Source of the DNA: a virus
Taxonomy: Duplodnaviria > Caudoviricetes
Length of the DNA stretch: 33,034 nt
Virus record (IMG/VR): IMGVR_UViG_3300012232_000034
Location: 1-33,034 of that record
Direction: 5' to 3' (one strand)
The notes beneath the pieces were generated by a model that had not been told where the DNA came from, did not search any database, and worked only from the letters and a program-made list of their open reading frames with translations. The translations under genes were made by a program, and so were the position numbers. Shown piece after piece: positions 9,118 through 18,197 of this stretch. Position 1 is the stretch's first letter, and the number at the start of each line of letters is the position of its first letter.

Positions 9118-10686
9118 CTACTGAACCCTCGTGAACTGAACTGATACGTCGTCGGTCGCTGCGTCGGTGTTGTCTGTCGCCGCCTCACCCGTCGCAATCC
9201 AACACGTCAACGCGGTCGAAAACGACGCACCAACCGCGTAATTCACGACATACCCCGCGCCGGTCGTCGCACCCGGAATCTCGAAATCCGGCTCACCATC
9301 GGACGCCGTTTCCGACCCCGGTGTGGTGTTCGCCGACGTGTCGTTCTCACATCGCAGAAACGCGCTGGCCGCCGCATGGTTAAACGCGACAATCGTGTAA
9401 ACCGTGCATGGCCCGGTGCAAATCGCCGTCTTGTCGTCGTTGTTGGTGTTGTCACTCTTCATCGCGACCGGCACACCACCACCCGACAAATACCCGCTCG
9501 GTGTCGTTCGCAGATACCGCGCGAGCGTCATCACCGGGGCGCCAATCTTGCCATCCGCCAACGTATCCGTTGTAGACTCGGCCACTGCGCCAAACGCGGT
9601 TACCCGATCCGTCGCGTAGGTAAACGTGCCCTCATCGGCAAACGCGCCACCTGAGGTCGTGTCTATCCGACCCGCGACAGTCATCGTCAGGTCCACACCG
9701 CCAACCGACGGCAACATTCGCATGGACCCATACTGGTCAGCGGTTGCCGTCACCAACGAGTCATTGACACTCACCGCGTCAACGGCCGTGGTGATACCTC
9801 TCAGCATCAGCCCGAGCCCGTCAAACGCCCCGCCGTCATACGGAATGTCAGGCACCCATACCGTGCTGTATTGCACCGGAGCGCCGGTAGACGCGTCGAC
9901 CTCGATGGTCGGCCGCGCAATCGACACCGATGAACACGCGCCAATCGCGCACGTCGGCGATCCGTCCCCACCACTTACCTGCACAACCAACGTGCCGTCG
10001 ACAATGTCGTCCAGCACCGCGTTGTCCGTCGCACCAAGATTCGCCGTGACCGTGCCGGTAACCGTCAGCGCGGTGCCGTTCGTAATACCCTGCACCGACA
10101 ACACGTCCGCATCCGGCGTGCCCGCAGTCCCGAAGATCGCGTCAGTGCCAAACGCCGTTTCCAGCGCATCGACATACCCAATCAACGAATCCTGCTTCGC
10201 TTCGGTCGCGAACCCGACGATGCTGACTTCCACATCACCGAGCGTCCCGCCTGCACCGCCACCGCCGGCCGAACTAGCCGAGATAATGACCGTCGTTGTT
10301 CCCGACGCCCACCCGCTGTCATTCACCCGGATACACCGGATGCCCGACACATCGACCTTCGTCAGCCCATTTCCAGTTATGGACGTCGTATTCGGAACAG
10401 TCGCCCACGTCGCCGCAGCCGCACCCGCCGTTTGATGACAGTTCGCCCCAAGGGTTCCCTCGATGGCATACGTTCCTGTCCACGTCCCTAAAAACTGCAC
10501 CGTCGCGGACCCGCGCCCCGTCATCGGCCCCAGCACCACATCACCTGACGTCGTGCTGGTAATAGTCGCGGCCGGCGCCACCTGATCGGCATCGTTCTGC
10601 GCCCACACCACACCGGGCACGAGCATGACCGCCAGCACAACGCCGGCAATTTTTCCAAACATAGTTTCGTTACTCACTCGTGTCAT
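9118..10686 (-). CDS. Signal-peptide-bearing spike/fibre-like protein
   Basis: MFGKIAGVVLAVMLVPGVVWA|Q signal (true start may be ATG 10662); Thr/Gly/Ala-rich; N- and C-terminal beta-sandwich-like segments. Confidence 0.75.
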   Translation of the reverse strand: MTRVSNETMFGKIAGVVLAVMLVPGVVWAQNDADQVAPAATITSTTSGDVVLGPMTGRGSATVQFLGTWTGTYAIEGTLGANCHQTAGAAAATWATVPNTTSITGNGLTKVDVSGIRCIRVNDSGWASGTTTVIISASSAGGGGAGGTLGDVEVSIVGFATEAKQDSLIGYVDALETAFGTDAIFGTAGTPDADVLSVQGITNGTALTVTGTVTANLGATDNAVLDDIVDGTLVVQVSGGDGSPTCAIGACSSVSIARPTIEVDASTGAPVQYSTVWVPDIPYDGGAFDGLGLMLRGITTAVDAVSVNDSLVTATADQYGSMRMLPSVGGVDLTMTVAGRIDTTSGGAFADEGTFTYATDRVTAFGAVAESTTDTLADGKIGAPVMTLARYLRTTPSGYLSGGGVPVAMKSDNTNNDDKTAICTGPCTVYTIVAFNHAAASAFLRCENDTSANTTPGSETASDGEPDFEIPGATTGAGYVVNYAVGASFSTALTCWIATGEAATDNTDAATDDVSVQFTRVQ

Positions 10687-11081
10687 GCCGGTGCGTTCGC
10701 CTCGGCGGGGTTCTTGAAGGTGATGGGGTCCGGCATCGGGGCCGGCGTCGGGTTACCCATTTCATCGGTAACGCCATTCGCGTGGTTAATCTCCCGCCAG
10801 ACGTTCTGTTCAGCGGAGCGTTCGGTGCCGTAAGTCGCCCGCCGCTGTTCGATCTCGATAGCGGTTTCACGAGCTATGGCTTTGGTATCGACGGGCACCG
10901 GAGGTGCTGGTCGGTCGGTGTTGCGCTCGGCCCGTGTGCCATTGGGGGTAATGCTCGGCGCGGAAAGCCACGCTCGGTGCGTAATAGCCCCGCACTCGCG
11001 ACAGACTGGTAAGGACGACCGCACCCACACATCGATTGCGATGTGCCCGTTGGGGCACACCGTGTCAATCAGCTTGTTCAA
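10683..11081 (-). CDS. Small zinc-ribbon protein (FmdB-like)
   Basis: CPNGH...CRECG...R.W.SAP motif; TTG start with GGGAG RBS; directly after the portal gene. Confidence 0.7.
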   Translation of the reverse strand: MNKLIDTVCPNGHIAIDVWVRSSLPVCRECGAITHRAWLSAPSITPNGTRAERNTDRPAPPVPVDTKAIARETAIEIEQRRATYGTERSAEQNVWREINHANGVTDEMGNPTPAPMPDPITFKNPAEANAPA

Positions 11082-11084
11082 TGA

Positions 11085-13097
11085 CTAGCTCCCTGCTCGG
11101 CGTTTATCTATCCGCGGCGCCGCCTCATGCTCCGGATACGCCTTCTTCGGCGACTCGGGATTCTGCGTCGGTTCGTCGGGGTTGGCGTTCTTTGTCGCCG
11201 GCGGCGGCACCTGACCAGGCTGCATATGCTGCCCTTCCGTAGCCCCCGGTATCGGCGGCGCCGGCATCATCCTCGCCTGCTGAAGCATCTTTGCTTCTTC
11301 AATCTCTTGCGGGGATATCGGGTTGGACTTCTGACTGATGGCGATTACCAACGGGTCAACAAAGTCCTCGGCCTTGAACGCGTAACTGACCTTGGCGGGT
11401 TCCGGTCCCTTGGGTTGCGGCTTGACCAGCACTCCCGAATCCGGGTCAAACCCGGCTAACTCAATCCAGCGCCGATACAACTTTTCGGGGTTCACAAACC
11501 CAGACTGCGTGCCGATGTTCAACAGCGCCTGAATCTGCTGCATCTCTTGCTGCGGCTCCAACCGGACCATCGTGTCCGGCCGCACGTCATACACAAACTT
11601 CTGGTTGATGCGTTCGCGGTCCCACGTCTGCAATCGCTGCAAACCATCTGGCCCGATGCTCGCGCCAATCCCCGTCTCCTCGACCTCGCCATACAGACAG
11701 AACAAGCCCGCGAGCACTTGGGAAATCCCAACCACCCACGCGGCGACCTTCGCCCGCTGCTGGCCTATTTCCGTCTGGAAGCTGCTCTGAACAATCTGCG
11801 CTTCACTCGCCGAGCGTTCCCCTGACGCATACTGCCCGGCCTGATTCGGCCCGACGCTGGTCGCTTCCTGAATATCGCGCTTGTAAATCCCGTCCATCTC
11901 GTGATTCTCGCGGGGATACTGCGCTCGCGAAATCTCACCAACGGCCCTATCGCCCGGCCCGATGGTCGGCACCATGCCGTTCCACGTCCCGTCCATAATC
12001 GCGGGCGCCATCGACGGGTCCAACGCGTCCACATTCACCCACCGTAGGGGCTTAGAATGCTTCCGCTGTTCCCGCATGTCCTGCCGCGATTGCTGGAGTT
12101 CCACGATCATCGGTCGGATAATGGCGGAGTCACTAGGCGGAATGGCCTGACCACTGACGTAGTTCAGCGTGAGCACACGAATCGGGTTCAAACACGACCC
12201 GATATACCCGCCGTTCTCTTCGTCAAACTGCTGGCCGGTCCACGCCTCGGTCATCGGCTCATCCAACCCGCGGACAAACACGACCTTCTCAATCGAGTCG
12301 TAGTAAAGCTCGTCTTCGTGGTAGAAATGCCGGTAGTAGAACACCTCGTCATACTCGACGATTTCATCCTCGGGCTTGCGTGCATTGCCGTTCTCGTTAA
12401 GCCGCTGCACCCCACCGGTCGTCGGCGCCGCTGCACCGATAATCTTTTCCTTGTCTTCGTCTTTCAGCCCGAGTGCCCGTTTCGCTTTCGGCCACGGGTC
12501 ACGCACGGTGTGCCCAAGCCACGGCGCCTTGTCCCAATCCGACAGCTTGAACGACGCCGGAATCAACAGGTCGTCAATCGCGATGTGATCCACACAAAAC
12601 CGCTGGTCGGTCGTCTTCGTCGCCGGCTTCATCGGAACCTGCAACTTACCCGTCGCCAATGCCAACTGCGCCACGGGCGGTAACGTCTTCACGTCAATGG
12701 CCGGCACCTCGGTTGGTTCCGTCAGCGCCTCATACCGGACAATGCACGCGCCAATACCAGCCGCATTGACCACATCCACCACACACTCGTCGATCACCGC
12801 TGACACATTCGCCTGTGCCATGAGGTCGTTGACAATCGTGGCGAACACCGGCACCGCTGCCGCAAACTGCGCGTGCTTCTCGATCAGCCTAACTTCGGGC
12901 AACTGTGACGCCAACTGCGCGGCCTTGGTCTTGGTAATCGTCCAATCCATCGGCACCATCGAGCGCCCCTCATCAGCCGCGGTCTCGAACTCCGTGCCTC
13001 GCCGTTCGTCGATACTCCGCTGCCACTTCGGGATATACTCGTCGCGCTTCTTCCGTGCCGCGTCGATCTCGTTCTTGAGGATGTCGATTACTTCCAC
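11085..13097 (-). CDS. Portal protein
   Basis: 670 aa; DVVNAAGIGACIV, DIQEATSVG...GERSASEAQIVQ (T/SATE portal motif); Pro/Gln-rich C-terminal tail. Confidence 0.85.
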   Translation of the reverse strand: MEVIDILKNEIDAARKKRDEYIPKWQRSIDERRGTEFETAADEGRSMVPMDWTITKTKAAQLASQLPEVRLIEKHAQFAAAVPVFATIVNDLMAQANVSAVIDECVVDVVNAAGIGACIVRYEALTEPTEVPAIDVKTLPPVAQLALATGKLQVPMKPATKTTDQRFCVDHIAIDDLLIPASFKLSDWDKAPWLGHTVRDPWPKAKRALGLKDEDKEKIIGAAAPTTGGVQRLNENGNARKPEDEIVEYDEVFYYRHFYHEDELYYDSIEKVVFVRGLDEPMTEAWTGQQFDEENGGYIGSCLNPIRVLTLNYVSGQAIPPSDSAIIRPMIVELQQSRQDMREQRKHSKPLRWVNVDALDPSMAPAIMDGTWNGMVPTIGPGDRAVGEISRAQYPRENHEMDGIYKRDIQEATSVGPNQAGQYASGERSASEAQIVQSSFQTEIGQQRAKVAAWVVGISQVLAGLFCLYGEVEETGIGASIGPDGLQRLQTWDRERINQKFVYDVRPDTMVRLEPQQEMQQIQALLNIGTQSGFVNPEKLYRRWIELAGFDPDSGVLVKPQPKGPEPAKVSYAFKAEDFVDPLVIAISQKSNPISPQEIEEAKMLQQARMMPAPPIPGATEGQHMQPGQVPPPATKNANPDEPTQNPESPKKAYPEHEAAPRIDKRRAGS

Positions 13098-13109
13098 TCA
13101 CACCTACAC

Positions 13110-13146
13110 AAAAGAAAAGGCCAGACAGGGGGTTAGCCTGCTGGCC
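13110..13146 (-). terminator. Intrinsic terminator immediately upstream of the portal gene
   Basis: Minus strand GGCCAG-CAGG...CCTG-T-CTGGCC followed by TTTTCTTTT. Confidence 0.7.
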
Positions 13147-13183
13147 CAGTGACGTTGGGTTCACGAATGGTCGTTACCGCAAC

Positions 13184-13768
13184 TTACAAGTTAACTTCGA
13201 CGATCTCTTCGACTTCGGGGTCGGGACGGGGGTCGAGCACCGGGGCCATACCGTTGGCCGCCATATGCTCGTGAATAAACTCGACGATAGACGCGAACGT
13301 CGGAAACGCCATGTAGAACGCCATACGCTGTTCCAGACTCTTGTCGTTCTTGAACAGGTGTATCCGGCTGAACTTCTTGTCGCCGTCGTCAATCCGCCGC
13401 ACGGTCACCGTCACGTTGTTCTTGGTGTAGATGCCCTGCGCCACCGTATCGAGGTTATCAATCGTCTTCTGACTGATGTTCATCGGCTTTACGTCCCGGC
13501 CGTTCACATACGCCGGACGATGCAACCGCTTTCGCGGCTTCTCGATGAGATACTGCGCCAGCGTCTTGCGTGCTTTCGGCGCGTGTTTCGCGGTGAACTC
13601 GGCCGTCGCCGTCTGCCGCTCCATCAACTCCGTAATCTTGGCTAACGCTTGTGCAAGGAGTTGTTCGGTCGGGGTTGACTCGATGACGGCGCTTCTGCCG
13701 CCGATCTTCGTCTCGGTAGCTGCGTTGATTGTCGGCGTAGGCGGTGCGGGTCGCTGATTATCGGCCAT
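13184..13768 (-). CDS. Hypothetical protein
   Basis: 194-aa ORF with AGGA RBS and phage-like codon usage, flanked by terminator-like hairpins. Confidence 0.8.
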   Translation of the reverse strand: MADNQRPAPPTPTINAATETKIGGRSAVIESTPTEQLLAQALAKITELMERQTATAEFTAKHAPKARKTLAQYLIEKPRKRLHRPAYVNGRDVKPMNISQKTIDNLDTVAQGIYTKNNVTVTVRRIDDGDKKFSRIHLFKNDKSLEQRMAFYMAFPTFASIVEFIHEHMAANGMAPVLDPRPDPEVEEIVEVNL

Positions 13769-13776
13769 GAAGTCCT

Positions 13777-13811
13777 AAGAAAAGGAAAGAGGAAGCCCGC
13801 GGGAAGCGGGC
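13777..13811 (-). terminator. Terminator-like hairpin
   Basis: Minus strand GCCCGC-TTCCC-GCGGGC followed by a pyrimidine-rich tract TTCCTCTTTCCTTTTCTT. Confidence 0.5.
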
Positions 13812-13847
13812 CTGGTTGAATAGAGAGAGGGAACGAAACGAACGGTG

Positions 13848-14048
13848 CTAGTTGGCGATATTGGATAGGATGTCGGTGATCTCTGCGGTCGTCAGCGACT
13901 TGGTCTGAAGGAACGTATCAATCGTCGCCTTCGCAACCCCCTGCGCCCGCAGGTTATACGACTGCCTCCACCAAAACCGCAGTCTCGATGGCAGGGCGCT
14001 TTTCGTATACTGGTTAGCCGAGTCGTTCGTGACTTCGGTTTGAATCAT
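13848..14048 (-). CDS. Hypothetical protein (66 aa)
   Basis: GGAG RBS; ATGA coupling with the upstream gene. Confidence 0.7.
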   Translation of the reverse strand: MIQTEVTNDSANQYTKSALPSRLRFWWRQSYNLRAQGVAKATIDTFLQTKSLTTAEITDILSNIAN

Positions 14049-14659
14049 GTTGTCTCCAAAACTCGTTCTTTGACGACGCCGTTGTAGCCGTAGATACCGG
14101 CCATCGGGCTGTAGATGCTCGGCGCCTCGAACGTCAGGTTAATTCCCCGCCCGGCGCAATACCCCACCCACCACAGCGGGCTTCGGTGCATCGCAATCCA
14201 GTCGTTGGTCATGGGGTCATTCGGCTGGCCCCGTAGCTCCGGCCGGTAAAACCCGACCCCGCTACACGCAATGTTGGTAAACCCTTCAGCCACCGCTAGG
14301 GCAATCTGTAAATCCGTGGTGCAACCTAGTCGGCCTTTAGCCTCGGGAATCGCCCCGATGATGGCTTCGAGCGGATACGCTTTACTCGCGGGAACTTCGG
14401 GATGTGGTTCTTTCAGATAGATGATGCGCTCTGGCCCCACCCGCTGGTAGTGCCGCCAGGCCGAACCCCGAGCTAACTTGATACCCAGATACCCTGCAAA
14501 CGGCTCGACATCATGCACATCAAAGTGCCGTGTCCAGTCGTGCAGTTGGTAGTCCCAGATTTCCAGCCCGGTGCTCTGCGTCCACAGTTCGTAATCGGGC
14601 CGCCCATGCCGCGGGGATTCAACGCTGTGGCGGATGGCGTGTAGAATTACCCCTCTCAG
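14045..14659 (-). CDS. Conserved phage protein, putative glycosyltransferase/sialyltransferase-like Rossmann fold; probable CTG start
   Basis: Frame is open 47 codons upstream of the tracked GTG (14518) to a CTG overlapping the previous stop (CTGA); motifs YELW, W.RHFDVH, YPLE, IALAVAEGF..I...GV, WWVGYCAGRGI, IYGY. Confidence 0.65.
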   Translation of the reverse strand: MRGVILHAIRHSVESPRHGRPDYELWTQSTGLEIWDYQLHDWTRHFDVHDVEPFAGYLGIKLARGSAWRHYQRVGPERIIYLKEPHPEVPASKAYPLEAIIGAIPEAKGRLGCTTDLQIALAVAEGFTNIACSGVGFYRPELRGQPNDPMTNDWIAMHRSPLWWVGYCAGRGINLTFEAPSIYSPMAGIYGYNGVVKERVLETT

Positions 14660-15246
14660 AGCAACCCCGCCATGTCCAACAGCCCGTCAATCCGCTGCCA
14701 CGCCTCGACCGGGTCAACCGCGACCCAGTCCAATTTAGCTAACTCAGTGCCCCTCGTAAACGCGATGAACCGCGGCACGACCGGGCCTTTCAGGTGCAGC
14801 AATGTAATCGACGGTTGGGTAAACAACGTCCGGTGCCACGAGTCCGCGACCATGTCATACATATCTCCGGCCCGATACGTCACCGACGAGGAGTGTGTCG
14901 CCGCTAACTTTCGCCCAGTGGAATCGCATGTGGCCGCCGACTTCGCATCCCCACCCTTCAGCAGATACTCGTCATACCCGGCCTCGGGCACGTCGCCGAC
15001 GTCCTTCATCTGAAGAATCGTATTGGTGATCGCCCCAAGATAGATGGTGCTGCTGAAATCCCGATGATGTGTATGTGCTTGGGACGCAATCTTGTGCGGG
15101 GTCTCCGCCTTCGCATCGCCCCAAAAGTGCAGCCACGTATCCGGCGTCGGCTCTAACTGTAAAAACGTCGGCCCTTGCCGCCGCAATAAGTGCGGCCGTG
15201 TCCGACAATGCGCTACAATCTCCCGCACCAAACCCGTATCGACCAC
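14656..15246 (-). CDS. Cupin-fold (cysteine dioxygenase-like) metalloprotein
   Basis: HTHHRDFSSTIYLGAITN (HxH motif) and Y.M.ADSWHR (third His); AGGAGG RBS before GTG. Confidence 0.75.
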   Translation of the reverse strand: MVDTGLVREIVAHCRTRPHLLRRQGPTFLQLEPTPDTWLHFWGDAKAETPHKIASQAHTHHRDFSSTIYLGAITNTILQMKDVGDVPEAGYDEYLLKGGDAKSAATCDSTGRKLAATHSSSVTYRAGDMYDMVADSWHRTLFTQPSITLLHLKGPVVPRFIAFTRGTELAKLDWVAVDPVEAWQRIDGLLDMAGLL

Positions 15247-15260
15247 ACCCCTCCTAGACG

Positions 15261-15298
15261 AGAAAAGGCCGGAACACCCTCAACGGACATCCCGGCCT
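15261..15298 (-). terminator. Intrinsic terminator after the minor capsid gene
   Basis: Minus strand GGCCGGGA...TTCCGGCC followed by TTTTCT. Confidence 0.65.
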
Positions 15299-15320
15299 CC
15301 ATGAATTGAACCGAATCGAA

Positions 15321-15806
15321 CTAGATGATCGCGTCCGTCACGCCGATGAACGGCCGGCTGATCTGCACCGATGCGGCAGTCACCGCCGCGGTCGTGGTCG
15401 CCACGCGCGCATACGCGCCGTGAATCTGGTTGCCGGCAGACACCGCGTCTTCCGCCACACCATCCGCCGCGCTCGCATACAGCTTGCCGTTGTCAGCAAC
15501 CGCCGAACCCAACGACGCACTCACCGCACCGCTGATGTAATACCAGCCATACGTGGACGCCACTGTCGCCGCACTCGCAACCGCCAACGGACTGACCAAC
15601 GATCCCGCCGTGCTCGTGTTGAGCAACAGGGTCGCGCCAGCTTCGTCGTAACTCACCCACGAACCAATACCCGTGCTCGCCACGCCCTTAAGGAAAATCA
15701 TTTCCTTGTTGTCCGTGGTCATCGCAATGGTCAGCACCGGGGTAACCGCGGTCGTATACACCACTCCGGGGCGCCCTGCGGTGCCCGCCGTCATGAATCC
15801 TGCCAT
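15321..15806 (-). CDS. Minor capsid / cement (decoration) protein
   Basis: 161 aa, Ala/Thr-rich, YGWYYISG motif, directly downstream of the major capsid gene. Confidence 0.7.
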   Translation of the reverse strand: MAGFMTAGTAGRPGVVYTTAVTPVLTIAMTTDNKEMIFLKGVASTGIGSWVSYDEAGATLLLNTSTAGSLVSPLAVASAATVASTYGWYYISGAVSASLGSAVADNGKLYASAADGVAEDAVSAGNQIHGAYARVATTTAAVTAASVQISRPFIGVTDAII

Positions 15807-15830
15807 GTAACTATGTGTCCTTTTCTTTTG

Positions 15831-15859
15831 AAAAAGAGGAGGGGCCGAAGCCCCAACTC
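15831..15859 (-). terminator. Intrinsic terminator after the major capsid gene
   Basis: Minus strand GAG..GGGGC-TTCG-GCCCC..CTC followed by TTTTT (cUUCGg loop). Confidence 0.75.
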
Positions 15860-15862
15860 AAA

Positions 15863-16789
15863 TTACGTCCAGCACACACCGTTACGTGAGCGGTTGTCGG
15901 TGGCCAGCTGCGCAACCGAGACAACTTTCATCGTCATGGATGCAGCGTTCGGAAGCTCGATTTCAGCCCGGCGCTGACGGTAGAACTCCTTGATGACATG
16001 CAGCTTGGTCGTCTTCGTATTGACGAAGAACACGCTGTCGCTCGTATACTTCTGCGTGAAAATCAGGTCCGCGTCAGCGAACTGCAACGCCTTGATGCCG
16101 GCGTTCACCTTCGCGACGTTCTGGAACTGGAAGTTGGCCTGGAGCGAATCTGCGTAGGTGGCCCACACAGTCGATCCGGTAACCAACAGGTCGGGCGACA
16201 TTCCGCCGCTACCCTTGGCGCACTCTGCATACAGGATGTTCATCCCGAGGTGCAGGTCGGTGCCGTAGTCTTCGGTGGCGTTTGCCCAGTAGGTATCGGT
16301 GCCGGAGTCGATTCCGCCGATGATGCCCGTGGCAGCCTCGACAAGAATGACCGGGAACGAGAGGAAACCGTTGGTCGCGGACGCTGCAAACAGCGCCGTC
16401 TCGAACTTGTCGTCGTGCGATTCGAGTGCGTTATCGACCAGGCTCGACACGAGGTCGACCTTCTTGTCGCCGCTGTTCTTCGCTTCGTCGAGAATCGTCC
16501 AGTTGATCGGCGCTACAAACAGCGCCCAGTCATACTTGACGGCGTCGAGGACTTCGGTCTTGGAAACGGATGTCGGCGTAACGTCCGACGCAAGGAACGC
16601 GGCGTCAGGGTTGACAACCGTATCCAGCGTGAACTCAAGCTGGGGGCCGCCGCTGTCGCGCTTCAGGCCGCCTTTGGCTTCCAAGAAGTTGAGCGTGGCG
16701 TTCTGCGACCACTGATTGGCCGCCTTCTGATTTTTGGCGTTGCTGACCTTGTCGAAGGTCGCGGCAACAATCTGGCTAAACTGAGACAT
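15863..16789 (-). CDS. Major capsid protein (HK97 fold)
   Basis: 308 aa; AVKYDW....PI.....DEAKNSG..KVDLV, IGGID....YWAN, PDLLVT; strong codon bias; follows the scaffold gene. Confidence 0.85.
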   Translation of the reverse strand: MSQFSQIVAATFDKVSNAKNQKAANQWSQNATLNFLEAKGGLKRDSGGPQLEFTLDTVVNPDAAFLASDVTPTSVSKTEVLDAVKYDWALFVAPINWTILDEAKNSGDKKVDLVSSLVDNALESHDDKFETALFAASATNGFLSFPVILVEAATGIIGGIDSGTDTYWANATEDYGTDLHLGMNILYAECAKGSGGMSPDLLVTGSTVWATYADSLQANFQFQNVAKVNAGIKALQFADADLIFTQKYTSDSVFFVNTKTTKLHVIKEFYRQRRAEIELPNAASMTMKVVSVAQLATDNRSRNGVCWT

Positions 16790-16993
16790 TTAACTCGTTT
16801 GCTTTCTGTGGGTTAGCGTCGATTTGGCCGAACCTACGGCCGATGTGACGCTAGTTTTGGGAAACGTGGCCCCTGATAACGCCCAGAGAAAGCGGAGGTA
16901 AATGCTTGAGATACAGCCCTTTACGGGCCGAAAAGGTGGGACCGGTTACGCCGGTTAGACGGGGTGCCGGGAGATTGCTCCCCCGACACATTC

Positions 16994-17022
16994 AGTGTGG
17001 CACCGAACTTGCTAGGCGTCAA
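16994..17022 (-). promoter_or_regulatory. Sigma70-type promoter candidate for the capsid transcript
   Basis: TTGACG-17 bp-CACACT with extended -10 TG; a ~200-nt structured leader follows. Confidence 0.6.
16997..17013 (+). promoter_or_regulatory. Sigma54 (-24/-12) motif overlapping the capsid promoter on the opposite strand
   Basis: GTGGCACCGAACTTGCT matches TGGCAC-N5-TTGCW. Confidence 0.55.
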
Positions 17023-17024
17023 GC

Positions 17025-18197
17025 CTAAAGGCCGGCCTCCTTCATCGCTTCCCGGGCAAAATCGGCGGTGGACTTCTCCGCGGCGGCGGCCGGCTTAGCC
17101 GCGGCGGTAGACGTCGCCGCACTCGTTCGCCGGGGCTTGGCGTTGGTCTCGGCTATGACCGTCTCCAGCGCCTTGTTGTTGTCCATGTGCAGCTTGGGGA
17201 TAACCACCTCAATATAGGCGTCATGCACCTGACACCCATTAGCCTCGATGTAGTCCTGAATCGCCTTCTCGTTCTCCGCAAACTGGGGCCACTTCTGCAT
17301 AGCGCGGTCCCACTGCTTGGCGATCTTTTCCTCGGCGCCCTTACGGAGTTCGATACCGCGAAGCCGCTGACGCTCCTTTTCAGCTTTCTCTTTCTCGGCC
17401 TTCTCGATAGGCCCGAACTTCTCGGCTAACGCGGCCTGGAACTTCTTGTCGTATTGCCGGTCCTTCCACTCGTTGTGCTTCTTCTGCGACTCTACGGAAT
17501 GGGTGTAGCCGATGACTTGCCCAGCCGCGTCACGTAGGGGGTAGTCAGGCTCGGGCTCAGGGTCGGCGCCGTGATCCACAGCCGCCGGCTTAGCGGCCTC
17601 CGCGGGGGCAGCGTGCTTGCCATCGATAAAATCCACCAGCCGCTGATACTTACCCCTGCTCGGTTGCCCACTCTCCTGCGCCCGTGCAGCCTCGGCCTGA
17701 GCCATCATACGAACGAACCGATCCTCGTCATTCGCCATGATGTCTTCGATAGCAGACACGGTAGCGAACCGCTCGTCGTAACCCTTATACTTCTTGGACG
17801 TCTCACCCACATGCCCGAGCACGTCGTCCAACTTGAGTTCGGCCGCCGCCTTGGTAATCCCCAACGCCTTCGCCACTTCGGTAATCACCGCGTTTTCACG
17901 CTTGGCGATCATCGCCTTGACACGCTCGTGCGGGATCTTGTTCGCCTGCTTCTTGCCGAACCGCTCTACTTCGGCCGGAACTGCGTCGAAATCATCCGGA
18001 TCTGGTGCATCCTTGCCTGCAACAACCGCAGGCGCTCTTTCACTGGATTCGGAGTCGGAGTCGCCTCCCCCGTCCATATCCGCGATAACGCCTGCCGCAA
18101 TGTCAGACGTGGATTGGGGGGCGGCACTAGCCGATTCCGAGGACGACGACGACGAATCCACTGACGTATCTGGGCTACCTGCCGTAGTCTCTTCCAC
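17025..18197 (-). CDS. Capsid scaffolding protein
   Basis: 390 aa; acidic Ser-rich disordered N-terminus, IPHERVKAMI motif, coiled-coil, short C-terminal helix; directly upstream of the major capsid gene. Confidence 0.75.
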   Translation of the reverse strand: MEETTAGSPDTSVDSSSSSSESASAAPQSTSDIAAGVIADMDGGGDSDSESSERAPAVVAGKDAPDPDDFDAVPAEVERFGKKQANKIPHERVKAMIAKRENAVITEVAKALGITKAAAELKLDDVLGHVGETSKKYKGYDERFATVSAIEDIMANDEDRFVRMMAQAEAARAQESGQPSRGKYQRLVDFIDGKHAAPAEAAKPAAVDHGADPEPEPDYPLRDAAGQVIGYTHSVESQKKHNEWKDRQYDKKFQAALAEKFGPIEKAEKEKAEKERQRLRGIELRKGAEEKIAKQWDRAMQKWPQFAENEKAIQDYIEANGCQVHDAYIEVVIPKLHMDNNKALETVIAETNAKPRRTSAATSTAAAKPAAAAEKSTADFAREAMKEAGL

